The notes below the pieces were generated by a model, which searched no databases, was not told the DNA's origin, and saw only the letters and a program-made list of their open reading frames with translations. Both the position numbers and the translations under genes were made by a program. Shown in pieces: positions 48,508-58,294 of a stretch of 64,000 nt of DNA (positions are counted from its first letter, which is position 1; the number at the start of each line of letters is the position of its first letter). This DNA is from Candidatus Peribacteraceae bacterium (GTDB lineage Bacteria; Patescibacteriota; Gracilibacteria; Peribacterales; Peribacteraceae), in NCBI GenBank assembly GCA_040081825.1, contig JBEBFT010000001.1:67580-131579 (forward strand), given 5' to 3'.

Positions 48508-48945
48508 ATGCTTACCCCACCTACCCCATCCCCACACTGGCACGCAACCGATGACGCCGGAGTGTCGCACTCTTCCGAATCTTCCGCTGGCTCATGGCTC
48601 ATTCTCTACTTCTATCCAAAAGACGACACACCCGGATGCACCATCCAAGCATGCGGATTCCAGAAGTCGTCACCGTCATTTGCTGGTCGCGCGCGTATTC
48701 TGGGTGTCAGCCGAGATGACCAGGAGAGTCACGTAGCATTTCGCGAGAAGTACGGACTTGGGTTTCCGTTACTGATCGACACAGACGGATCACTCCATAC
48801 TACTTTCGGTGTAGGTACCGACTATCCGAAACGCACGACGTTTCTGATCGATCCCACGGGCACCATCCAGAAGATCTATCACGGGTTCGACTGCAATGAC
48901 CATGCTGCAGACCTACTTCGTGGTTTAGATGAGCTCGGTGCGTAG
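48508..48945 (+). CDS. bcp: Peroxiredoxin, BCP family
   Basis: YFYPKDDTPGCTIQAC, RTTFLID. Confidence 0.88.
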   Translation: MLTPPTPSPHWHATDDAGVSHSSESSAGSWLILYFYPKDDTPGCTIQACGFQKSSPSFAGRARILGVSRDDQESHVAFREKYGLGFPLLIDTDGSLHTTFGVGTDYPKRTTFLIDPTGTIQKIYHGFDCNDHAADLLRGLDELGA

Positions 48946-48992
48946 ATTCAAATTTTCTGATACTATTTGTCTACATTTCCCCATTCACTTTT

Positions 48993-49574
48993 ATGTCGAT
49001 GAAAAAAATGCTGTCACCGTGGGTCATCATTCTTGGTGTCGTTGTGATTTTGTCACTCTGGGTTGTTGCTTCGTACAATGGATTTATCGGTGGAAAGGCG
49101 AATGTCGATAACGCATGGGCACAGGTCGAGACACAGTATCAGCGCCGTGCTGATCTGATCCCCAATTTGGTCGCAAGTACGAAGGGTGCGGCTGACTTCG
49201 AGCAGAGCACATTCACCGAGGTGACGGCAGCCAGAAGTGCATGGGCAAGCGCCAAAGCGACTGGAACGAGGCAGGATCAGATTGTCGCTTCGCAGAACTT
49301 TGACTCGGCTCTCTCCAGACTTCTCGTGACAGTGGAGGCGTATCCACAGCTGCAGGCCACTCAGGCGTTTCGTGATCTGATGGTGCAGCTCGAAGGAACC
49401 GAGAATCGTGTTGCGGTTGCTCGAAAGGATTTCAATGACGCAGTAACTGCGTACAACGTTCAGGTGAAAACTGTTCCTGGCGTTTTCGTAGCACGTCTCT
49501 TTGGATTCACTCCTGAGCAGATGTTCGAAGCGAAAGAAGGAGCGGACGATGCTCCAGTAGTCGACTTTCAGTAA
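48993..49574 (+). CDS. lemA: LemA family protein
   Basis: QRRADLIPNLV, EAYPQL, LEGTENRVAVAR. Confidence 0.95.
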   Translation: MSMKKMLSPWVIILGVVVILSLWVVASYNGFIGGKANVDNAWAQVETQYQRRADLIPNLVASTKGAADFEQSTFTEVTAARSAWASAKATGTRQDQIVASQNFDSALSRLLVTVEAYPQLQATQAFRDLMVQLEGTENRVAVARKDFNDAVTAYNVQVKTVPGVFVARLFGFTPEQMFEAKEGADDAPVVDFQ

Positions 49575-49586
49575 TTCGATTCACTC

Positions 49587-50456
49587 ATGCGGCTACCCTT
49601 TACCCTGTTTCTTGGCACGATTCTGTGTCTCATCGGAGCAGGAACTGTTCATGCCTTCCCGATTCCCGCGAATGACGGTTTCGTGACTGATGCTGCGGGC
49701 GTTCTCTCTGATGAAGAGGATCGAGAGTTAGAACGGATACTCACCGAGTACCGGTCTACCACGTCCAATGAAATCGCGATCGTGATGGTCCCGACTTTGA
49801 GTGGGGCTGTGATCGAGGATGTAGGACTGGAGATCGGGCGTGCGTGGGGGGTCGGATCAATAAAAGATAATGGCATTCTGATTCTCGCGTCGTATCAGGA
49901 TCGTGCTGTTCGCATCGATGTTGGATATGGACTGGAGGGAGCAGTGCCAGATGTGGTCGCCAAGGGAATTATCGATACAGATATCATTCCTGCATTTCGA
50001 GAGGCAAAGTATGCCGTTGGACTCACGAATGCAGTGACGTCTCTTCAGAAGCACATCGGTGGAGAGTACACGGCAGAGCGTTACCAATCCGAACCAAGCG
50101 GAGCTGCACTCTCGATCCTTGTATATTTCGTCGTCATGTTTTTGGAATGGGTACTCGCAATCATGGCTCGTACCAAATCTTGGTGGCTCGGCGGAATATT
50201 CGGTGCCGTGGGTGGAGTGGCCGTGTACATGATCGCTGACTGGTGGGTCACGATTCCGATATTGATTTGTGTGGGACTAGCGATGGATTTCTTGGTTTCT
50301 CGTGCATATGCCCAGCATGGTCGTCGATCCCCCTGGTGGGCGGGTGGCAGCTGGGGGCCGGGCACTGGCGGGCGCTTCGGCGGTGCCGGAGGTGGCGGAT
50401 TCGGTGGATTTGGAGGTGGGGGATTCGGCGGTGGTGGCGCGAGTGGGAAATGGTAA
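49587..50456 (+). CDS. TPM-domain protein with Gly-rich tail
   Basis: VTDAAGVLS, DNGILIL, IDVGYGLEG, GGGGFGGGGASGKW. Confidence 0.9.
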   Translation: MRLPFTLFLGTILCLIGAGTVHAFPIPANDGFVTDAAGVLSDEEDRELERILTEYRSTTSNEIAIVMVPTLSGAVIEDVGLEIGRAWGVGSIKDNGILILASYQDRAVRIDVGYGLEGAVPDVVAKGIIDTDIIPAFREAKYAVGLTNAVTSLQKHIGGEYTAERYQSEPSGAALSILVYFVVMFLEWVLAIMARTKSWWLGGIFGAVGGVAVYMIADWWVTIPILICVGLAMDFLVSRAYAQHGRRSPWWAGGSWGPGTGGRFGGAGGGGFGGFGGGGFGGGGASGKW

Positions 50457-50517
50457 AAAGAAAATTAAAAATGGAGAATAGTGGCAACTATCCTCAGATT
50501 TTTGTACTCTCTATAGC

Positions 50518-51468
50518 ATGCTCTCCTCACTTCTACTCGCATATTCGCTTTCCGATTTTTATGCTCCAAAAACGACGACTACTCCGCCGCCTTCTGCAGT
50601 GGCGTGGTCAGCGGAGAGTGGTCAAGGAGCATTGAGTGTTCTTGTCACCTATCCAGAGAATGAGGAAGAGTCAGTGGCACTCGGTCAAACACGCATCCCT
50701 ATGTTGACGCTCGAACTCGGCGCATCGTGTGATGCTCCTGTGACTGTGCAAGAAATTGATCTGAAGCACTTTGGGCAAGGGAGAAGCAAGGATCTACGAT
50801 CTGTCTATGCACTTTCAGGGTATCGTCGTGTGTCGAGGGGGCAGTCATTTGATACAGATGGAAATCTTAGTCTTCGCCTTCAACGGGTCACTATCCCCGC
50901 ATGCGATGTACTGCGACTTACAATTGTTGCAGATCTGAGCATAGCGGCAGATCCGACAGGTGAGCATAGTATCCAACTGGCTACAGCACCGTCAGTCCAG
51001 TCCACGGCCCTGAAAACCGAGTACGTCTCAGTCGCATCTCTCTCGTCGATGATCAAGAGTAGTCCTTTCGATCCCGGTGCGGTCACCGTCCGCTTCCTGC
51101 CACATCAGGTCAACATGCTCTACGGAACCATTCAGACGATCGCTCGCATCCAAGTCACTGCTGACCAAAACGGCAGTCATGTTCTACGCAATCTAACACT
51201 CACCAATGCTGGCTCTGCGCGTGGACATGAGTTTATCGACATGCGTTTGGAGGACAGGAAGGGTAATGTTCTGACCAGGCTTACGCAGCATATGGACGGT
51301 CGCAGAGTATCGTTTGATTTCGACCCCACGTATATTTTGAACCGTGGCGACACCGTCCTACTACTTCTTCGTGGAGAAATCCGAACATCATATGCGAAGA
51401 CTGTTGATTTTGAGCTCGAGGAAGAATCTGATTTTGTCACATCATCATATCGCAGACCACTTCCGTAA
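50518..51468 (+). CDS. Hypothetical exported beta-rich protein
   Basis: 316-aa ORF. Confidence 0.65.
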   Translation: MLSSLLLAYSLSDFYAPKTTTTPPPSAVAWSAESGQGALSVLVTYPENEEESVALGQTRIPMLTLELGASCDAPVTVQEIDLKHFGQGRSKDLRSVYALSGYRRVSRGQSFDTDGNLSLRLQRVTIPACDVLRLTIVADLSIAADPTGEHSIQLATAPSVQSTALKTEYVSVASLSSMIKSSPFDPGAVTVRFLPHQVNMLYGTIQTIARIQVTADQNGSHVLRNLTLTNAGSARGHEFIDMRLEDRKGNVLTRLTQHMDGRRVSFDFDPTYILNRGDTVLLLLRGEIRTSYAKTVDFELEEESDFVTSSYRRPLP

Positions 51469-51531
51469 GGGTTTTGAGAAGTTGCGCACGAAGTAGACAT
51501 CTTGTTTTTCGGCTGTACACTTCGCTCTGAC

Positions 51532-52347
51532 ATGCACAGAATCGTACTCCTGCTTCCACTGGCTGCCACTCTCCTTACAGGGTGCACTGAACCCGCAATC
51601 GATCCATCAGAAGTCATTCGACGGTCGCTGTATGCAGGAAGCTCAACGGAGTCCTATGAATTCTCTGCACACGTTGTAGCAACTGCACGCGGACCCATTG
51701 TCTATTCGGGCAGTGCAATTTTGCAGGGCAGTGTCAGGCGATCCGGCGTCATTGCGTCGACAGTGTCACTGTCGATGGAGCGCATCCAGGGTACTGCTTC
51801 TGATCGCGTCGACGGAGTCGTAGGTATGCGCTATCCCGGTAACAGAATTCTGTATCTCGATCTCTCCGCCATCTCTGGACATGTTGGCAGTGAATTACAG
51901 GCACAGCTTTCTGGAGCGACATTCGATGGATGGACCGCTTTGACGATGACAGGTGTTTCGATTCAACCTTCATTTCCCACCGAGGAAGAGATTCAAGCCC
52001 AAGCGTCAGCATTCGTCGTCTTACGTGATCGCTCCACTCGTAGTGGTGACTATATGTTTGATGTTGGCTTTGCCCCCGGCGTTGTTTCCGCTCTTGTGAA
52101 TGGTGCTCGAGACGACGCAATTACGGGTGCGCTGACGATAGATCGTGAGACCTTCGCGCTCAAGCGTGCACTCTGGACTATGGTTGCACTTCCGACACCG
52201 ATTGGGAATATGACCGGTACCGTCGATGTAACATTTTCATCATTTAATGAAGTGACACTTCCGGTCATGCCACTTTTCACCGGATCCTCGCTTCCCTTCG
52301 ACACACTCTTTGACACTATTTCTGCCGCCGTGCCAATTTCATCGTAA
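51532..52347 (+). CDS. Lipoprotein
   Basis: Lipobox LLTGC. Confidence 0.7.
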   Translation: MHRIVLLLPLAATLLTGCTEPAIDPSEVIRRSLYAGSSTESYEFSAHVVATARGPIVYSGSAILQGSVRRSGVIASTVSLSMERIQGTASDRVDGVVGMRYPGNRILYLDLSAISGHVGSELQAQLSGATFDGWTALTMTGVSIQPSFPTEEEIQAQASAFVVLRDRSTRSGDYMFDVGFAPGVVSALVNGARDDAITGALTIDRETFALKRALWTMVALPTPIGNMTGTVDVTFSSFNEVTLPVMPLFTGSSLPFDTLFDTISAAVPISS

Positions 52348-52376
52348 GCCTATTCTGAGGGATACTGTTACCCACG

Positions 52377-54419
52377 ATGAACGATCCTCAAACTCCGAAT
52401 GTATCCGTGGACGGTCTGAGTCCTGCTCTGCCATCTACATCAGAGACTCAGGTACCTTCGCTACCGCCGGCCCCTCCACGTGACAAAGCGCACGAGCGAC
52501 GCACTGTCGTTATCATGATTATATTAGCTGCGATCTACACGCTTCCTGCTCTGGTGCTCATCTCACTCTTTCCACGAACAGATGGAGCTCTTACCGGACT
52601 GAAATCGGCGGCGACGCTGATTTACGCAGTGTGTGGTGTGCTCTGGCTGCTCCTTGGAGCAGCGGGTTTCCTTAGAATTGGTTCTCTCAAAGATAGACCA
52701 CGCATGCGTTTCTTTGCCGGTATTCGATTAGCAGTGCTCGTTATCCCTATGCTTATTCTGAGTGGACTCGTGCCTGTACTCATCAACATCGCGCCCGCAC
52801 TCCGACTGGAGATCGCATCTCCTCGAACAGCTGCAGAAATGGTGGCGCCTGTTGCAGTCCAGTTTGGTATGCCGACAGCTTTACGATATTTCTCGACACT
52901 GGGTCTGACTCCGCTGAACTACCAGTGGGATTACAACAATGACGGCAAGTCCGATCAGGAGACATTTGATCCGGTTTCTACGTACGTGATCTCCAGGGCG
53001 GGGATTTACAATATTGTCTGTACCGTTTCCATGACTGATGGAAGCCGCAAAAATGTCGTGCTTCGTCTCGTGATTAGCCGTGCGAGCTTTGGAGTTCAGC
53101 CATCGACGCCGGTGATCGACGAGCCGGTTACATTTTCACTCGATCACCTGTTTCCAAAAACGAGCGCGAATGCGACAACACCAACGCTCACCAAAGCTGA
53201 GTGGGATTTCGACAATGACGGCACCGTAGATACCGAGTCCACGGGACTCACTGCAACGAGTATGTTCCATACGCTCGGTGAACGAGAGGTTGCGGTCAGG
53301 GTGACATTGTCGAATCAAACGCAGCAAACTCTCACGCGTACCGTCACTGTCGTTGAACCAACTCCTCAGCCATTCCCCGTCGCACTGGAAACCGAGCCAG
53401 GGCTACTCCTTGGACCACCGCCATTTCCTGTTCTTTTTTCGATTAAAACTGACGAAAAAGTAGCATCGGCATCCTGGGACTTTGGTGACCAAAAAACTGC
53501 AGAGGGCCTCAGAGTCGCGCACCAGTTTGCTGCGATTGGCAACTTTACAGTCTCGGCTACCGTTCGGTCGGCCAGTGGTACCATTGCGAAGCTGACAAAG
53601 CTCGTCCGAGTGACAGAACCTCTCGAGATTCGCGATCTTACATTGCAGGGATCACCCCCAGTGAAGAATTTTGAGATCGAAGGTCCAGTGCCCCTCACAG
53701 TAGATCTGACCCCGAACACACTCCAGACGTTCATTACGTTCTCGTGGGATGTTCCGAATGCATCTGACTTTACTGTCACAGGCAAGTCGCTGCGTGCTGT
53801 GTATCGAGACGAAGGTCGCTACACCATCGATCTTATTGGCGTTGATCCAGACGGTCGCGTCTTCCGCAAACCCATCGTGATTCAGGCTAAATCCCCTGCA
53901 TCGTCCGTCGTCTTTACCATGACTCCTGTCGCGCCCACGGCACCAGCCAGCGTTTCTTTTGATGCATCCGATACATTCGTTCCGTCCGGAGAGCAGGTTA
54001 CTGGTTTCGAGTGGAAATTTGGCGATCAAGCCTCAGTAGCAGCACGTTTCACTGGTGCCAGAACTGACTATCGGTATGAGAAGCCGGGGACCTATGTGAT
54101 CGAGCTGACTGTGCGAACGATCAATGGAAACTCGTATACCGGCAAGCAAACACTTGTGGTGCGTGCGTCTCTTGTCGACGCGTGTGTGCTGCCGAGTAGA
54201 ACGAAGGGTGCTGCTCCTCTAGGGGTCAAGTTTGATACCTCGTGCTCAACAGGGGATTTTACTTCCTGGAAGTGGAACTTCGGTGACGGCTCCGAGAGTG
54301 ATCAAGCAAGCCCAGTCCATGTCTTCACCGAAGCTGGTGAGTACACGGTTCGTGCAACGGCAACGACAGCTGATGGAAAAGCTAGTACAATCACTACCAC
54401 TATTTCCGTTTCTTCATGA
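52377..54419 (+). CDS. Membrane protein with multiple PKD domains
   Basis: 3 TMs, then repeated W(D/K/N)FGD PKD motifs. Confidence 0.85.
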   Translation: MNDPQTPNVSVDGLSPALPSTSETQVPSLPPAPPRDKAHERRTVVIMIILAAIYTLPALVLISLFPRTDGALTGLKSAATLIYAVCGVLWLLLGAAGFLRIGSLKDRPRMRFFAGIRLAVLVIPMLILSGLVPVLINIAPALRLEIASPRTAAEMVAPVAVQFGMPTALRYFSTLGLTPLNYQWDYNNDGKSDQETFDPVSTYVISRAGIYNIVCTVSMTDGSRKNVVLRLVISRASFGVQPSTPVIDEPVTFSLDHLFPKTSANATTPTLTKAEWDFDNDGTVDTESTGLTATSMFHTLGEREVAVRVTLSNQTQQTLTRTVTVVEPTPQPFPVALETEPGLLLGPPPFPVLFSIKTDEKVASASWDFGDQKTAEGLRVAHQFAAIGNFTVSATVRSASGTIAKLTKLVRVTEPLEIRDLTLQGSPPVKNFEIEGPVPLTVDLTPNTLQTFITFSWDVPNASDFTVTGKSLRAVYRDEGRYTIDLIGVDPDGRVFRKPIVIQAKSPASSVVFTMTPVAPTAPASVSFDASDTFVPSGEQVTGFEWKFGDQASVAARFTGARTDYRYEKPGTYVIELTVRTINGNSYTGKQTLVVRASLVDACVLPSRTKGAAPLGVKFDTSCSTGDFTSWKWNFGDGSESDQASPVHVFTEAGEYTVRATATTADGKASTITTTISVSS

Positions 54420-54514
54420 AAAACAATTCTTTCGTTCGCTTCATTGCGATTGTTGGCGTCGCCGCGATTCTGCTAGGCGCACTGCTCCCGGCTCTCGGCG
54501 CACTTCCTTTCTAG
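54416..54514 (+). CDS. Small single-TM peptide (32 aa), translationally coupled
   Basis: ATGA overlap with the upstream stop; MKNNSFVRFIAIVGVAAILLGALLPALGALPF. Confidence 0.55.
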   Translation: MKNNSFVRFIAIVGVAAILLGALLPALGALPF

Positions 54515-55506
54515 AGTGGTAACTGCGCACTCGTTTTCCAGTCGTGTTTCGTTTGATGTTTTCCGCTACGTAGCTCTAGTGCGGCTGCAGCTGCAATCAT
54601 GGCCGCGTTATCAGTGCAGTAACGAAGTGTGGTGGGTACTCGTAGCTTCAGACTCTCTCGCTCACACAGAGATGCTGCGGACTTTCGAAGCGCGAGATTT
54701 GCACTGACGCCGCCGACGATGTGTAGCTCTTTTGTATCAGGGAATTTTGCCAATGTACTTTCAGTGCGACGCACGAGTTGCTCAGTGATCGCGCGTTCGT
54801 AGCTCGCTGCAATGGATGCATACACCGAAGTGTCACCAGGATGATCACGCAGCCAGTATTTGAGCGAAGTCTTCAGGCCCGAGAAGCTAAATTGATCACC
54901 TGCAGGAACGGGGAAGTCATGGAAGAGAGGGTCGCCTGACAGAGCCAGCTTCGCGAGTGCCGGTCCGCCTGGATAGGGTAGTCCAAGCATCTGTGCTCCT
55001 TTGTCAAAAGCCTCTCCCGCAGCATCATCCAGCGTCGTTGCGACGAGCATATGTTCAGTGACACTCGTACGATACCGAAGTTCAGTGTGCCCACCTGACA
55101 CGGAGAGTGTGAGAATTGGAAATGTCGGCTCATCTTCTTGGTCGAGCCAGGTAGAGGCCAAGTGGCCTGCGATGTGATGGACAGGAATCAACGGTTTCCG
55201 AGCGAGGTGTGCGAGCGCACGTGCCGTCATCGTTCCAACGAGTAAGGAGCCAAGTAATCCCGGGCCATGCGTGACTGCAATTGCATCAACCTGATCGAGT
55301 GTCATACCCGCATCGCGGAGAGCTTTTTCAATTGTAGGAAGGATTGTTTCCTGCTGCCTTCTTGCTGCTTCCTCGGGGATGACGCCCCCGACAAGCTCAA
55401 AGTCCTTTCGGGAACTCGCTATGACGCAGGACAGAACCTTTGACACCCCCTCGACGACTGCAGCCGACGTTTCATCGCACGATGATTCTATTCCGAGGAT
55501 GCGCAT
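54511..55506 (-). CDS. tsaD: tRNA N6-threonylcarbamoyltransferase
   Basis: GIESSCDET, HHIAGH, SGGHT, DDAAGEAFDK, CTDNAAMI. Confidence 0.96.
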   Translation of the reverse strand: MRILGIESSCDETSAAVVEGVSKVLSCVIASSRKDFELVGGVIPEEAARRQQETILPTIEKALRDAGMTLDQVDAIAVTHGPGLLGSLLVGTMTARALAHLARKPLIPVHHIAGHLASTWLDQEDEPTFPILTLSVSGGHTELRYRTSVTEHMLVATTLDDAAGEAFDKGAQMLGLPYPGGPALAKLALSGDPLFHDFPVPAGDQFSFSGLKTSLKYWLRDHPGDTSVYASIAASYERAITEQLVRRTESTLAKFPDTKELHIVGGVSANLALRKSAASLCERESLKLRVPTTLRYCTDNAAMIAAAAALELRSGKHQTKHDWKTSAQLPL

Positions 55507-55550
55507 AGGGTATGTGGTATGTAGTATGTGGTATGTAGTATCAATTATCT

Positions 55551-56333
55551 ATGCTTGATTTATTCCCTTCACGAGAGGTGCTGCTGTCTATCGGACCCTT
55601 GTCTGTGCATTGGTACGGGGTCATGTATGCGATAGCATTTTTACTCGGGCTGTTTCTTCTGAGGCGCCTGCTTCCGTATCGGTCATTGCTTCTGAGCAAG
55701 CAGCAAATCGATAAACTTTTTGTGTGGATTGTCCTTGGCGTAGTTCTTGGAGGCCGGTTGGGGTTCGTTCTTTTTTATGGGGATGCCTCGTACCTATCAG
55801 AACCACTTCGGATTCTTGCAGCGTGGGAAGGTGGGATGTCTTCGCATGGTGGCTTTATTGGTGTGACGATTGCACTCTTACTTTTTTGTCGTAGAAACAA
55901 GGTCTCTCTACTCAGCCTAACCGATGTCTTGGTCGTACCAATCGCACTCGGACTGATGCTTGGTCGTATCGGGAATCTGATTAATGGCGAGCTATTCGGT
56001 ACCGTGACTTCCGTACCCTGGGCCATGAGCTTTCCGCATGCAGAAGGGCTCCGTCATCCAACACAGATCTACGCAACTTTGAAGGATCTCTTCATCGCGT
56101 TGGTGTGTTTCGGTCACCTTCGCATGACTGCCAAGACAGAGAAACCAGGCGGCACGACCGCCACTTTTCTGCTTCTGTATGGGCTCCTTCGGTTTTGTCT
56201 TGAGTACTTCCGGGAGCAATCGTACGCCGGAACTGAGCTTGCAGGCGTGATTCTGAGCCGAGGTCAGCTCCTGACGCTACCCATTTTACTTCTCGGTGTT
56301 GCTGTATTTCTCTGGTCAAGAAGGAAAGCCTAA
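55551..56333 (+). CDS. lgt: Prolipoprotein diacylglyceryl transferase
   Basis: HWYG, GGRLG, GGMSSHGG, GRIGNLINGELFG, RHPTQIY. Confidence 0.96.
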   Translation: MLDLFPSREVLLSIGPLSVHWYGVMYAIAFLLGLFLLRRLLPYRSLLLSKQQIDKLFVWIVLGVVLGGRLGFVLFYGDASYLSEPLRILAAWEGGMSSHGGFIGVTIALLLFCRRNKVSLLSLTDVLVVPIALGLMLGRIGNLINGELFGTVTSVPWAMSFPHAEGLRHPTQIYATLKDLFIALVCFGHLRMTAKTEKPGGTTATFLLLYGLLRFCLEYFREQSYAGTELAGVILSRGQLLTLPILLLGVAVFLWSRRKA

Positions 56334-57652
56334 GAGCGCGCTAGTTTCTCACGAAGAATCTCACGTTCGTTCCATGGGATTTGACCCGTCTTGGTCATCA
56401 TCGTGACATCAGATCCTTTGCCAGCGAAGAGAAGGGCGTCACCAGGCTTCGCAAGAGCTAGCATCGCATCAATAGCATTCATGCGGTCACTCAGCCGCAG
56501 GCACACGTGTCCGAGATCAGTTTTTGTCTTGCACTCCTCGAACGAACGAACGATGGGTACGGATGCAGGGACGCCTGAGAGCACTTCATCAATGATCTTT
56601 TCCGGATCTTCGGTATACGGATCTTCATTGGTGACGATGGTGATGTCGGCCAGTCGTGTACAGATTTCGCCAACGAGCGGACGCTTCTCACGCATTCTGT
56701 CTCCGCAGCTGCCGGCGAGCACAAGCAATTTCCCTGATCCTTTCATGCTTTCGCGGATGGTCAGCAGTGTCTGTTCATACGCACGCGGTGTCACAGTGAA
56801 ATCGATGTAGACCGCAAATGATTGACCTTCAACAATTGGCTCAATGCGCCCTGCTACCCCCGTAAACGACGCGAGTGCCTGAGTAGCTTCGTTGAGTGTG
56901 ACGCCAAACACAGACGTTGACGCTATTGCTGCAAGTGCATTCTCGATATTGAAACTTCCTGGAATTCTCAGTGAAAGCGAGGCACGTTCATTGTTCTTTG
57001 TTCCGAGATTCGCTGTCACCGAACTTGGCCCCGAGACAATACTCGATGCATGAACATCAGCTGTTTCCCGCATTCCATAACTGATTGTCTTCGCAGAAGG
57101 AATGCCTGAATAGGCATGATACGTTCTGTCATCGGCGTTCAGTACTTTCGTTCCATCGGCTGTGAGTGCACGAAAAAGGAGTGCTTTTGCCAGCATGTAC
57201 TCTTCCATCGTGCCGTGGTAATCCAGATGCTCCATGGAGAGATTGGTAATCACAGCAACGCTCGGTCGGATGCCTGCCAGTCTTCCCTGTACTAATCCAT
57301 GGGACGACGCTTCGATCACTGCGTGCGTACAGCCAGATGCCACTACTCGTTTGAGAAAACGCTGCAGAGTGCCAGCATCGACTGATGTTTTCTGTGTTGG
57401 ATTAGGTTCCACTACTCCATCGATATCGAAATATGCAGTGGATACCATTGCAACTTTTTTCCCACTCGGTCGTAGAATATGTCCGATCATCCCCACGGTC
57501 GTCGTTTTGCCATCGGAACCTGTGACGCCGATCACAATCAGCTTCTTCGCGGGGTAGCCATAAGAAAGAGCGATGAGCTGGTTTTTCAGCCGATGTGCCG
57601 CAATCCTGAGCGGATGATTGTCTGGAAACAGACGCTTGAGAAGTGCTTTCAT
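56330..57652 (-). CDS. murE: Mur ligase, MurE-type
   Basis: GVTGSDGKTT, EASSHGL, TNLSMEHLDYH, EDPYTE, AGKG. Confidence 0.85.
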   Translation of the reverse strand: MKALLKRLFPDNHPLRIAAHRLKNQLIALSYGYPAKKLIVIGVTGSDGKTTTVGMIGHILRPSGKKVAMVSTAYFDIDGVVEPNPTQKTSVDAGTLQRFLKRVVASGCTHAVIEASSHGLVQGRLAGIRPSVAVITNLSMEHLDYHGTMEEYMLAKALLFRALTADGTKVLNADDRTYHAYSGIPSAKTISYGMRETADVHASSIVSGPSSVTANLGTKNNERASLSLRIPGSFNIENALAAIASTSVFGVTLNEATQALASFTGVAGRIEPIVEGQSFAVYIDFTVTPRAYEQTLLTIRESMKGSGKLLVLAGSCGDRMREKRPLVGEICTRLADITIVTNEDPYTEDPEKIIDEVLSGVPASVPIVRSFEECKTKTDLGHVCLRLSDRMNAIDAMLALAKPGDALLFAGKGSDVTMMTKTGQIPWNEREILREKLARS

Positions 57653-58035
57653 GAGGGGTGCAGGATAGCACGGATTTTCGTGATATCTCGAGCGATTTCA
57701 TCGGTCATCGCTTGGACACTCGGGAAGAGCTGGACATCGCGAACCTTGTCAAAGATCGTGAGATCAAGCGTTGAGGGAGGAACCTGAATCTCATGATCCA
57801 GAATATGGATTTCACACGAGACACTTGGATCATCGAACACTGGTCTCGGTCCATAATGCATCGCACCATCGAACGTCGTCGCATTAAACGTCACTCTGCA
57901 GGCGTAGATGCCCTGCGGGAGAGAGTTTGGAAGTAGAGCTGGATCGATATTGATCGTCGGTACTCCAATTTTCTTCCCCTGGCCGTGGCCGGAGGTAACG
58001 CGTGCGGCGAGTAGTGTTGCAAGAGGAGTTGGCAT
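57649..58035 (-). CDS. Monofunctional riboflavin kinase
   Basis: GHGQGKKIGVPTIN, GIYA, GPRPVF, EIHILD. Confidence 0.88.
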   Translation of the reverse strand: MPTPLATLLAARVTSGHGQGKKIGVPTINIDPALLPNSLPQGIYACRVTFNATTFDGAMHYGPRPVFDDPSVSCEIHILDHEIQVPPSTLDLTIFDKVRDVQLFPSVQAMTDEIARDITKIRAILHPS

Positions 58036-58084
58036 GTTGATCGGAGGATCGGGAGATCGCCGAAGGAGGGCAGTGCCTGATTCG

Positions 58085-58174
58085 TGGCGGAAGGGGAGGG
58101 ATTCGAACCCTCGAACCCCGTAAGGGGTTAACAGTTTTCAAGACTGTCGCCATCGACCACTCGGCCACCCTTCC
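58085..58174 (-). tRNA. tRNA-Ser(TGA)
   Basis: GGAAGGG acceptor stem, CTTGAAA loop, long variable arm, GCCA end. Confidence 0.96.
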
Positions 58175-58246
58175 ACAACTACAGGATAGCATGAAAGATT
58201 GGACTGCTCACAGGGCAAAGATTGTTCCTGCTCACCCTGGATCCAT

Positions 58247-58278
58247 AAAAAAACGAGAGGCACATGCCCCTCGTTTTT
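58247..58278. terminator. Bidirectional-type intrinsic terminator
   Basis: AAAAAAACGAGAGGCA-CA-TGCCCCTCGTTTTT. Confidence 0.7.
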
Positions 58279-58294
58279 ACGTATCTAGAGTATG

